The position numbers were made by a program, and so were the translations under genes. Below are positions 1-11,765 of a stretch of 64,000 nt of DNA, piece after piece. The stretch is from Takakia lepidozioides. Lineage: Eukaryota; Plantae; Bryophyta. A model generated the notes under the pieces. The model searched no databases. It saw nothing but the letters and a program-made list of their open reading frames with translations, and was not told the origin of the DNA. The stretch is taken from NCBI GenBank assembly GCA_030704615.1, contig CM060732.1, positions 45,694,001 through 45,758,000 on the forward strand, read 5' to 3'. Each line of letters opens with the position of its first letter. The first letter of the stretch is position 1.

Positions 1-199
1 GCAGATGATTCGTCCTTTCCTCCAAGAGTTATCGAAGGCAGATAGCAACTGGGTTCTCCTTCTATTTCCACACCTGTGAAGAGCTGCAGAAAGCACCAAC
101 CAAGATTTGAGAGCCTCAGACATTAAGTCTGAGTGAAGCTTGTACAACACCCTCTTGTAAACATGGAGTTGTATTTTGAAAAAACAAGGAACATATCAT

Positions 200-780
200 T
201 TTCCAGATATGGCAAAGAACAATTCCCCTAAGAGATTCCCGAATTGGACAAGTACATCAAATGTCTTCACCATCGATGTTCAGCAGCAGGGAACAGTGGA
301 AAACCTCAAGCTCGAGCTCCAGTTAGAATAAAAGATGGTTGCATAACGCCAAACAGCAGAAACAAATGGACAAAGCACAAGACAATGCTCAATACTTTCG
401 ATCACTTGAAGGCTGTAAGTGGCTCAATGAGAGGGTGTTTCAAAAAAGAAAGCTCCCACAGGAAGGATTATGTTAGTTAGCTTCCAAAGGAAGGCAAAGA
501 TCTTTGAAGATCTGTGCTTCTTCCACATATCAGTCTAGACCGGTTTCCAAGAGACAATGTGACTAGGGACGTGAGCCCACTTGATAGTCCATTACGATCA
601 AATTTTCGTGTAGGCATAAGCAGACTGTATCCCATTTTTACTGAGTAGCCAAAGAAGTGATCATGTTTTTTGTTCATCCATATCCATTCCCGTGGATCAA
701 ACCGAAGCATTTCGAGGGGACTATAGAATTCCAGAACCTCCAAAAGTACATTATCATGCTCATATCAATAAATGGTCCCC
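200..780 (-). mobile_element. Degraded L1-type LINE ORF2 3' fragment (zf-RVT region)
   Basis: Minus-strand translation around 340-460 gives FLWEL and VIESIEHCLVLCPFVSAVW, matching the ExxxHxxxxCxxxxxVW zinc-finger motif at the C-terminus of L1 ORF2. Broken by stops. Confidence 0.6.
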
Positions 781-829
781 ACTTAATTAAAGTAGTTACT
801 AATACATATAAGTAATAAGGTGTAGCCTA

Positions 830-3560
830 CAGGACCTCTTTATATTGTGCCTTCAAGGGGGATGGCAATTGGGAATTTGAGCAGGGCCAAACTTTTGGTA
901 GCGAGTTTGGATGATGTAGAGTGCCAAGTGAGGGAGGGTACTAATTGGATACCCAGGTAGGTGTATGGCTCATCTGGTCCCAGGAAGGGGAAAGTTGTGT
1001 TTTGGTGGTGTACATAGAGTTTGCAATGTGCGGCTATGGCTGTCTTAGTGAGCCGACTGTGGTGTGTGGCGGGCCGCGACAGTAATGGCGCATTTGTGTA
1101 AGCTGAGTTCCATGCCTGACCATAGATTGAATCTAAATAGTTTGTTAACTTGTCGGTTTAGGTGTTGCGGTTTGTGTGTCAGGATGGCGAGATCGTCTGC
1201 ATATGCTACAGCTGAGATGTCACTTGAGGAGGTTTTGTATTGATACCCAAGTTTGCCACGGGCTAGCCAGCGGAGTAGGGGTTCTAGAAAGATAATGAAT
1301 AGGTAAGGACTTAAGGTGTGATCTCCTTGGATGGTTCCTCGGAGGATGGAGATAGGCGGGGTGGAGCCATAGTAGGCACCAAAGTATTCAGTGGTACTGT
1401 TTGTGTAGATGTTTCTTATAAGTTGGACGGCATCAGTGGGGTACCCAAGATCAAGCATGATAGCGAGTAACCTAGCATGATCTAAGGAGCCGAAGGCATT
1501 TTTAAAGTCGATATATAAGAGATATATGTCTTGTTTTGTAAGTTTAGCGTCTTCGAGGGCGGATAGAACATATTGTATTTGTCTTGTTGTATTACGCGTA
1601 GCTCGGAATCCTTCTTGGGGGTCACTGAGAATTTGATGTTGTTCGCCATAGCTTGAGAGCATTGTGGTGAGCGTGCTGGTGAATAGTTTGTATATGGTGT
1701 TGGCCAGTGCTATAGGCCTGTAATTACTGAGATCTGTAAGGTCACATTTTTTAAAGAGTAAAATGGTGCGGCTATGCTTCCAGGAGTGTGGAATTCGTTT
1801 CAGTTTGTAACATAGCTAAAAAGGAGGTGATGAAGTTGAGGGTCAAATGCTTGAAGTATGACATTTGGTATAAAATCGGGGCCTGGGGCTTTAGATTTAA
1901 GCCATCTATATCATGCCATGGATAGTGTTTAACTTTACACATACAGTTGGCAGTGTGGAGACTGGGATGTAAACAGTTTGTAACTCTGGGTATGTAGGTT
2001 GATGATGCTTGTGACCATATTTCTTGGTTGATGTCCGTTGGATTGGTTAGCAAGTGGCCATGCCTGTGTTTGAGACAATCGATGGGTGGGTTGAGGGCAG
2101 GGTTAAAGATGGCTTTGTGAGCTTTTTTGGGATGGTCGCGTAGCAGTTGGTTAAAAGAGGAGACAATTTTTTTGTGATTGGCGGTGGCTTTTTGTTTGGT
2201 AATACTGTAAGCGGCTTTTTTTGCATCTCTTCCAACTTTAGAGAGAGCAGCTATCCAGTTAGGAATATCTTGGGGATTGGCAGGTGGAGGCATAAGTGCT
2301 TGACATTTGTTAGGGTATTTAGGCAAGTGATAAGTGGATCTGATGTCCAGTTATTCCCCGGGTGTATGGGGGTAGTGGTAGGTATAATAGTGAGGCGCGT
2401 CTGATCGTGTGGTATGTGTTAAGATGTGATGTCCATGTACATTTTTGAGTACAGGTAAGGTAGCCACCATTTTGTTTTGAGCGTGTAGTTTGTGGGATTT
2501 CAGGAGGGGCAGAGCAGGTGGCAATGACATTTTTGGTCATTTCTTTCATTGAAGTTGTGAGTATGATCTCGGCTTCGATCCAGGCTTTGTCAGGGGATTG
2601 CGCAAGGGTGATTTGCTTCGGAGAGTACGTTGGAGAGTTTTAGCATAAGGAATGAGGATGTTGGTTGGAAGTGCTTTAGAAAGGTGACTATGTTATTGTG
2701 GGGGAGTGGGGATAAAATTCTAGATTGCGGCGGTGGAACATGTATGGGTAGAATAGGTCTAAAGGGGATGAGGATGGTGGGATGGTTATTGAAACGGGAT
2801 AATGGTCTGAGTTGCATAAACTATTAATGTGCACATGACTATTAAGGTACGTTGGGATGTCATTTTGTGTCTTGAGGTAGAAGCCGTCAAGAAGGCTTAA
2901 GGATGAGTAGTTGAGTCCACCTTGTCTGGAATAATGGTGATCGGCGGGTATATAACGGAGGTTGTGTGATTGAGTAAATTTGGTTCATTCCTGGTTTGCG
3001 GGGGATGGAGTTTTGTGTATACCGTTGTATGTGTGACCCATGAGGGCAATGTCCCTGTTGAAATCGCCTGCTAGAATGTAGTGCTGGGAGTGGATGGAGG
3101 AGTGGGTTAGTGTGTTGGAGATGGTGAGTAGGATATCAAGGATCAGGGGGAGATCTTTGGCGTGTGAGGACATGTACAAGTGCATAAGGATAATGGGGGG
3201 GAGCATGGGGAGGTGTAGTTTGATGATTTGAAGGTGTGATCGGAGGGGGAGAACGACATGTATTTTGACCGTGGTGCAAGGGGAGTGATGGGTGCGGAGG
3301 ATACCAAAAACCACCCCGCCCCGGGTAGGATGGTATGGTGCGTAGCGTCTAATTAGGTACTGTGCGGCTGTGAATGAGTTACGATACAACATAGAGTAGG
3401 TTGGAAGCAGTTTGTTGATAGAGGAACTTGTGTGTTGAGTTTAGTTTCTTGTAATAGGATGATATGCGGGGGTGTAGAATCCGTGAGATGGATAAAGCTT
3501 TGAATGTTGGTGGCAAGTGATCCTACATTCCAAGTAAGTATGTTGAGTGCTTGTGCTTGC
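830..3560 (-). mobile_element. Non-LTR retrotransposon ORF2 remnant (APE endonuclease + RT), RTE/RTEX-like, frameshifted
   Basis: APE start motif LNILTWNVGS near 3545; ILAGDFN in ORF 2985-3392. RT ORF 1045-1662 has QEGFR, YIDFKNAF, QGD, LSPYLF, YADD, followed by EPYTYLG near 960. Strong strand compositional skew continues to about 4260. Confidence 0.85.
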
Positions 3561-5489
3561 TGGGAGGAAGAGGTGTGGGGGGGATTGTGGGATCTAGGGG
3601 TGTTGGAGGTGGGTCACTGGTGGAGCTGGGCATGCAGGATGGGGTGGTGGATGGTGGTGTCATGGACAAGGGTTGATATCCAGGGATGTCTGTCTAGGCT
3701 TGAAGGGTTGCAGCGGGAATTTGTTTGGAGATGAATGGGAATTTGTTGGCGATAGTATCTAGCTCGTGTATGGTTGCAGTTGGGTGTGCCAGGTGTTCGC
3801 CGAGAATCCTATGGACTTCGCCGGGCTTGGCTTGTAGTAGGGCAAAAGATTTGTGGAGGTTGTGTAGGTGGTGTGGGGGTGCTATATATTTGTGAGGTCG
3901 TGTGGGTAAATCGTGCAGTTGTTGTAGTAGTGAGGTAGTAGTGAGCAAATGTGTGTGTCTGATTGGGTTTGAAAGTAGTCGTTGTACATTGAGGGTATTG
4001 GGGAGATGATGATGATTAGTAAGAATAGGAGGTGTTGTATGGGGTATGTGCTAAGTTTATGGGTGGCACTGACTAGAGATAGGTGTTGGCAGGCAGGGAG
4101 CCCAAATGTGGCAATTGGGTGTGTGGGTTTGCGGTTATTGGTGGAAGGGTTGGGGAGGGTTGACAGTTGAGCTTGTGCAATGTAGTAAGTAGCTCTGGCA
4201 TGTGCATCAATAAGGGTGAGGATACGGTACCTGTGCAGTTGAGAGAGTGGAGGGGCAGGAGACTTCAACGGTGAACGAGCCAGAGTGTACCTCATCGAGC
4301 CAACTGTCCGGTTGAGGATGGCATGTCCAGGGCTAGGTCTGTAGACAGCAATGTGGGGGCCCAGATCTGCAGGCATTGGTTAGCTCCAGAGGGTTGAAGG
4401 AAAAGAAAAGATGATGGGCAGCTGCTGGGGCCATTTTTGAAGAGTAATAAGCCTGATAGCACATGGGACAACAAAAATTGAGATAGTGACAACATTCAGA
4501 TGGAGCTTTCAGACCTATTCGTGACTAACCCTTGAACAAATAATACCACGTCTACAGACATTTCAAAGTCAGTCGAGACTTTGCTGATATCAAAGTAGTA
4601 TTCGGCTGGCGAAATTTCAGTATTCTACGGTTCAGTACAAGGAAGTAGAGTTCCAGGGAGTTGCAGAAGTAGAGTTTTAGGAGGGTAGCATCCATCCCTT
4701 GTTTCGGTAGGCAGGTTGTCCAAAGTCGCAAAGGGCTGGCAACGTTGATGGCAGCATCAATGATCTTAGCGGAGTTATGAGCTGGTACTGCGAAGCAGCT
4801 TGACATAGTTGAGCGAGCGGGTGCTGGTGGTAATGAGAACGAGCGTGGAGGTGCATGGGTAATGTTGCAGGCATCATCTGAAATGAAGAGACGTGGATTG
4901 AGTAAAGAGATTGGAAGAAGTGAGACATTTGGATTGGGGTGTAGCTGATGAATCAACTGGTGGGATAGGAACAGAGAGGTACCACCTATTGCGTAAGACA
5001 AACAAACGCTATCAATGCGAGGCAGAGCAATGCAAATATACGGTATGAGATAGTCACAAACCGAGTCACGAGAATGAAGAGTATTGATTGGGTAAATGCT
5101 AGATATGGCAACAACATAGATCCAGAGCTGAGAGTGGAGGTGGGAGAACAATTCAACACAAGATTTAATATGGGGGAGAGCAGCTTCCCTTAAGGGTGAC
5201 CTATCGTAGATAGTGGAGTTGCCTGATTGGAGTGGGTGGAGAGGGCACGCACAGTGGTTGAGTTGAAGGCAGGCATCAAGGCAAACAGCTCCCAGTACGT
5301 ATTATTCTGAGGATTAATATTCTCCACATGGCTTTGCTTTGTGCAACAACACCTTTTGCACACGAGTTTCTGACCACCACCGGCTGCAGGAGGGAAACCG
5401 AGTTACAATATCGGCGATGCTGGTGTGTGTTGAATCAGCAGACAGAAGAGCAGCCCTCGGTCGCAAAGGGGGCTTGATGTGGGCAGGCT

Positions 5490-6303
5490 ATTAACTCTAT
5501 CTGCTGCCTTAATTATGCATTCAGCAACGATGTGCCCCTTCTTACGACAATAGAAACAAGATCCTTTCTTTCTTTTGGAGTCATTTCGAACATCAGAGGA
5601 GCTTCCACTTCCATCTTGATTTCTCTTGTTGGATTTTTGACCGAATCCATTTTGACTCCAGATAAAAGTTGCATTTGTTCCACCTTTTGCCTGGATGGCT
5701 TGTGTAAAATGCTGAAGATGACGCGTTCCTTTTTCTCGAGGAACTACTATTCATGGCTTCTTCCTATTGTAGTCTTCCACATAACGTTGGATTGTCGTTC
5801 AGGGTTGTTGCCCACGGTTGTTACAAACGACCGCCATGAAGGAGGCAAACTCGATAGGAGTTGTATTACAGCCTCATCATCTGAGATCTCCAAACCGGCT
5901 TTCAACCATGTAGTTTAACATGCCTTGGAATGATTCCAAAAATGCTATAACAAGTTCTTCTTCCTTCATTTCCATTCCCATGAATTTCTTCTTAAACATT
6001 AATTGCATGGCTCTATCAGTATGTTCATAGAGCCTTGTGAAATATTCACTGGCCGTATCAAGATTTCTGACCATCGCTACCTGACTGTCTCCGCAGTTCA
6101 GAAGGATGTCACACTTGGCTCTAGCGTTCTTAAGTTGCCAGGCCTTCTGCTCGTCAGGATCATTTGACCGATCAACACCTTTTACTACATTCAGTAATCA
6201 TTTCTTAACAACAGAATTTCAATTTTCATTTTCCAAATTGTGAAATTTGTGCCATTTAGTTTTTCAATCATTATGGAACGATGCTCAGAAGGTACCGATG
6301 CCA
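5490..6303 (-). mobile_element. Ty1/Copia gag fragment, oriented opposite to the adjacent Copia pol
   Basis: Minus strand from about 6303 reads IEKLNGTNFTIWKMKIE (Copia gag N-terminus), then a UBN2-like segment (ORF 5877-6074) and the zinc knuckle CFYCRKKGHIVAEC near 5520-5560. Confidence 0.8.
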
Positions 6304-6378
6304 TGGTAGACTCTGATCGTTAGATCATATTAGTACCATGGACCAGCAGTGCTTATGGTTGATGGTGTGTACTAATCG

Positions 6379-9287
6379 TTGGATCAAGCTCTACTATGGC
6401 ATCAGAGATTGGGTCACTTAAATTTGAAAACCATAAAAGACATGCAAAGTAAAGAAATGGTTATCGGTTTCAGTGGAAAACTAAGAGAATTGTCTGTATG
6501 CCAGAGTTGTATGTCAGGGAAGCAGCATCGCCAAGCATTTCCACAAGGTAGAGGTACTTGTGCAATTGATGTGCTCGAAATTATTCATTCAGACATATGC
6601 GGTCCCATGCAAACTCAAGCAATGGGAGGAGCAAGGTAATTTGCTACATTTATAGATGACAAATCACGCTTCACAGTAATTTACTTTCTAAAACATAAGA
6701 ATGAAGTGTTTGATAAGTTCAAGATCTATAAAGCATATGCTGAAAAACAAATAGGAAAGAATATCAAAGTTTTTCGATGAGACGGGCGGTGGTGAATATG
6801 CATCGAATGAGTTTAATCAATTCTGTGAACACAATGGGATTGTGCATCAACTACTGCCTGTACTCCACAACAAAATGGGGTTTCAAAAAAAAAAAAAAAA
6901 AAAAAAAAAAACCCTAGGTGTATGCTCAAGTTAGCAAAACTGCCAAAGACTTTTTGGGCAGAGGCAGTGGCTAGTGCCTGCTATCTCCAAAATCAGTCTC
7001 TCACATCTTCAGTGTCAAATGCTACCCCATTTGAGGTATGGCATGGTAGAAAACCCGATTTAAGCAATCTTAGGGTTTTTGGGTGTCCAGCCCATGTTCA
7101 TGTCCCGGATGAACTGAGAAAGAAGTGGGATTACAAAAGTTTCCCATGCATATTAATTGGGTATGGAGAACAAGAAAGGGTAAAGGCTTATAAAGTCTAT
7201 GATAAAGAAACCAAAAAGATGCTTTTAAGCCGTGATGTCATCTTTGATGAAAAATCATTGGCTAGTGCTGAAGGGGGAGATATAACTCCTACCGCTACTC
7301 AATTCCCCAAGATACCCATAGATACTATCTCTGAATATTCAAAGGAATATGAAGAAACGGAGTATGAATATGATGAGACAAGTGATCTTGTCACACCTAA
7401 TGTAGAACAATCAAGGCTGGCACAACAAGGTTCACCACTTCAAGGCCAGAACCTAGAAGTTCAGTCAACTGAAGGTGGTTATCCTCCTACGTCAAGTACT
7501 TATGTTGTTACCACATGATCCATTTGGACATGAGACAACAAGGTCCACGATAGAAGAAAAAGAAAGCGAATCAACATTACAAGTTGATCAACAAAATTTA
7601 CGTAGGTCTACTCGGACAATGACACCGTCCTTAAAATTAAAAGTGTCTCTCAGCAACGCTTATGCTTTTCTTACACAGACTGATGAGCCTTCCACAATAG
7701 CAGAGGCTTTGTCTGGACCTAATGCAGATAAGTGGCAAGAGGCTCTTGATTCTGAGTACGACTCTCTTATAAAGAACAGAACGTGGACTTTGGTAGATCC
7801 TCCAGCAAACAGATCTATTATCAGCTGTAAGTGGGTCTTAACAAAGAAGTACAATGTTGACGGTTCAATAGCTCGTTTCAAAGCAAGATTGGTAGCACGC
7901 GGATATTCTCAAACCGAAGGTATTGATTATCATGAGACATTATCTCCGGTGATAAGAATAACCTCTTTACGAACAATCTTATCTTTAGCTGCTAACCTAG
8001 ATCTGGAAATACACCATATGGATGTTAAGACTGCGTTCTTAAATGGTTATCTAAAGGAAGAGATTTATATGAAACATCCTGAAGGCTTTGTCAAAGCAGG
8101 AAAAGAAACTAAGGTTTGTAGGCTACTAAAAACACTTTATGGCCTCAAACAATCCCCAAGGGCATGGAATGAGCGAATAGATTCTTATCTATTGAAATCT
8201 GGTTTTGCTAAAAATCCAACAGATTCGAATGTCTATGTTAGGCGCCATCAAGCTTCTTTTGTATTGTTAGGGTTGTATGTTGATGACTGCATCATTGCTG
8301 GAAACGATTTGAAGTTTCTAAAAGCAACAAAATCGGAGTTGTCAAGTGAGTTTGAGATGACAGATAATGGTCCTATTGAGTATTGTCTCGGCATACAAGT
8401 ATCTAGATATAGAAGAAAAAGAATAATTCATTTATCTCAAGAAAATTATATACGAGATACACTTAAGAAATTCAATATGGAATTATGTAAAGCTATCTCT
8501 ACACCAATGGAACCAGGAAGTAAGCTTTCCAAGGAAATGACTCATGAAAGTAAATCTGAACAAGAGGAGATGGTAGATATTCTTTCTTCGAGTGTTGTGG
8601 ACAGCCTGATGTACATTATGGTGTGTACACGACCCGACCTTGCTTTCCTGTAAGTCAGGTTTCACAATTTATGGCAAATCTTGGAAAACAACATAAACTT
8701 GCTATAAATCAGCTTTTCAGGTATCTTCAAGCCACTATAACTTCTGGACCTAGATACGGGATTCAAGTTGAGACTTCACCAGCAAACACTATTCAAGGAT
8801 GGTGTGACGCTGATTGGGCAGCAGATGTAGACAATCGTCGTTCTGTCACAGGTTATATATTTGCATGAATGGAGGAGCGATATCGTGGCAAAGCAATAAA
8901 CAAACCACTATAGCTCTCTCGAGTACTGAGGCAGAGTATATGGCTGCTGCACATGCAACTAAGGAGGCAATATGGCTTAGGCAGTTAATTAGTGGACTTG
9001 GATTCGCAAGCTCAAAAGCTACGGTCTTATGTTGTGATAATCAGTCGTGTATAGCTTTGACAAAGAATCCTAGGTTTCACTATCGGTCAAAACATATAGA
9101 ACTCAGATATCACTTTATAAGAGAAAAAATAGAAACTAGTCAGATAGAACTAGTTTACTGTAGCACTAATGAGATGCTAGCTGATGCTTTAACCAAGGCT
9201 CTTCCGAAGCCCAAGCATGAGTATTGCAGAGAGGCATTTGGAGTGCTTAGCTTTCAGAACATTTACTATCAGATTGACAAAGTCTAG
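6379..9287 (+). mobile_element. Ty1/Copia pol (pre-integrase, integrase, RT, RNase H), pseudogenised
   Basis: LWHQRLGH, CxxC, IHSDICGP, FWAEAV, ARLVARGY, MDVKTAFL, LYGLKQSPR, YVDD, DADWA, LSSTEAEY, CDNQS, ADALTK across ORFs 6379-9287, with frameshifts and stops. Confidence 0.95.
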
Positions 9288-9310
9288 ATTATGGATAGAT
9301 TAAGGGGGAA

Positions 9311-9579
9311 TATTGAAATGATAGATAATCTCACCCATAATTCTCGATTTCATCTGATATGGTGAATAGACACAACTCTTGAAGTATCAAGGATTAGGGT
9401 TACACCGATTGGTCAACTGGAAGGTTACTTTGAACAGTTGTAGCTAAGTTCTTTGTCTTCTTCGTACAGAGAAGAAGTGTAATTATTATTACAGAAGAAT
9501 ATCTAGATCCATGTTTTTCCTCACTCTCTCTAATTACATGCAATGATGTATGAGAGTAGATCCCGTGTAATTTGTTACA
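9311..9579 (+). repeat. Probable Copia 3' LTR preceded by a polypurine tract
   Basis: PPT-like TAAGGGGGAA at 9301-9310. Sequence begins TATTG (decayed TGTTG) and ends TTACA exactly where the PPR reading frame is cut. No matching 5' LTR seen. Confidence 0.55.
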
Positions 9580-10134
9580 CATCTGATATGGGTCCAGCTT
9601 TGACGATGTTAACATGGACCTCCTTGCCCATTTCCTTGGATGTCAGGCTCGCACATGCATTGCAAACGCCAACAAATGTGATGTGGTTGTGCTTCACTCC
9701 TTCCTGCACCATTAGCCCAGATGTCTCCAAAGCATTCTTACACCCATACTTGGTAAATCCCGCCATTGTTGTATTCCACGTAACCAGTATTCGTTCAGGC
9801 ATTCTTTTAAAGACTTGGTGTGCAGCCATGGTACTCCTGCATTTAACATATATGTGGACAAGGGTGTTGAGTAGAAAAACGTTGGGCTTGAATCCAATTT
9901 GGGTAATGTGAGAGTGCACCTGCTTTCCAGCTTGCAGGCCTTGTATCTTCATGCACTTATGCAGGAGACAAACATAAGTATGTGAATCTGCATAAATGCC
10001 TCCTTCGCTCGAAGTCTGTAGAGCCTCTTTCAGTTGCCTTACCTCACATAGTGTCCTCACATGCCCGAAGGTGCCAGGAGTATGACAGACTCCCTCTCTT
10101 GGTCCTCTTTCGGAAGCTATGGTCATGGTGCAGG

Positions 10135-10859
10135 TGTCACGCACCTCACTTCGGTAAACTCCCCTTGAAGTCATAGTTACTCGCTTTGATGCGCGCGCCT
10201 GACTCCCAACCTGGCCGCTGGGCCAACTTGGAGCTTCGGCTGCTCACCGGGACATAACGGTCCCCCCTTCGCTTCCCTCTAAAACCCTCCACCTAATTGG
10301 GACTAGGAGAATTCCCTTTGGTAGATGGCAGTCCGGAACAGCTCCCCACTCTTTGGTCGCTTTCCGGCTCGCTCGCTTACTCACTAGTTTTTGGTCACCA
10401 ACGGGCTTGCACCGTTCTCGGGGTTACTACTCCCTATATATACTTCTGTAACTGTCCGCGGGGGTTTCACAACCAGCCATGCCATTTTATGGCGAACCAC
10501 CACGAAGACCCTCGATTCCCGGTGGTGAGTCGCGGTGAGTCTTGGCCCGCTCACCACGGCCCCTATGGACCGTGATGAGTCCCAAGACTCCCCACGACTC
10601 CCACCACGAGGTCTCCACCCCATGGTGAGTCCTATGCCACCCCCACTAAGTCCCACTAAGCTACCACCACCCCTTGTGGGGCCACCCCCACCGCAACCCG
10701 GTGTGTGGGGCTCCACCTAGTGAGCGCCTCCGCCTCCTTGAGTGCCTTGGGCACTCAAGGGTGCTTCAGCCCCCGTACCTATCGCTGCTACTGCCCCCAC
10801 TACAGGGGCAGCCCTCTTGTGTCCCGACCTCCCTGCCCTCAAGGCAAAGGGCCGCGACA
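10135..10859 (-). repeat. Gypsy 3' LTR (725 bp)
   Basis: Near-identical direct repeat of 16384-17110; about 9 substitutions and 2 single-base indels counted by eye. Confidence 0.97.
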
Positions 10860-11765
10860 CACACCCCTACCAACAGGGAGTCGATGTCCTCATCGACTTG
10901 TCCATTTTGTAGAAACAAACATCTAAGTTGTGGCGTCCCACATCAAGGAGTTTGTTTCCGTACCATGGCGTCCCATGGCAAAGAACCAAACCCCACACTT
11001 GACTCTACTCTCCACTAGCTAGTTCGGCCGACTTCCTCCAAGTCCCGGCCAAGGGTGGAGCCTCTCCAGCTCCTCCCAGTGCACTCTTCTTGGCCTACTT
11101 CAAGGCCAAGGAACGATCCTCCCCGAGGATCGAATCGCCTTACTACAACAACATTGCTTGCGATCGCTCATGATGCCGCTTTTGGCATCACCTTGAGCAA
11201 GGGTTCATCTGGAACCCTCTTTGACTAGGAAGATAACCTTGAACCAACCGTGCGCCCCAATCACTACAATTGGGTCCGCCTTGGAATGCTGGCCTGAGGT
11301 ACGGGAACACGCCGAAGCCGCACTACGACTTCGTCCTGAGGCTACACGATTATAGTACGTGAACGGAAGCACGTAGCTTTCGTGTTAGCCCGCACTACAA
11401 GGCAACCCCCTCAGTAGCGCAGTTATAGTACGCGCACGCGCCAGGTGCGCACTAGCACATGAACTCCCAAAGAAGGCGCAAGTTTCCTTGCCCCCTGGAT
11501 GAGAGTCACCCGATTTCGGCACTGCGCAAACGCACGATTAACCCAATTTACCTCTCCCACTTTTGTAAGCTAGCATGCATTCTACACACTAGCCAACCAC
11601 ACCATGCATCACCATTCCAAACACAATAGGATGCACAATATTTGGAATCCATTTCCTTTATAACAAATTTTTGTACAATACAAGTTTTTGCAATCGGATT
11701 CCTGAGCTAGCTAAACCGGGCTAAGCATGCATTTCCTCCCCCACGCTCCAAGGTTGATGTCCCCA

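Noticed and set aside
4292-5460. ORFs 4552-5151 and neighbours as LINE ORF1 or a host gene
   Set aside because: No identifiable domain and non-ATG starts; left unassigned.
10297-11018. Pro/Gly-rich ORFs in the LTR (mirrored at 16546-17184)
   Set aside because: By-products of GC-rich LTR sequence; frames differ between the two LTRs because of indels.
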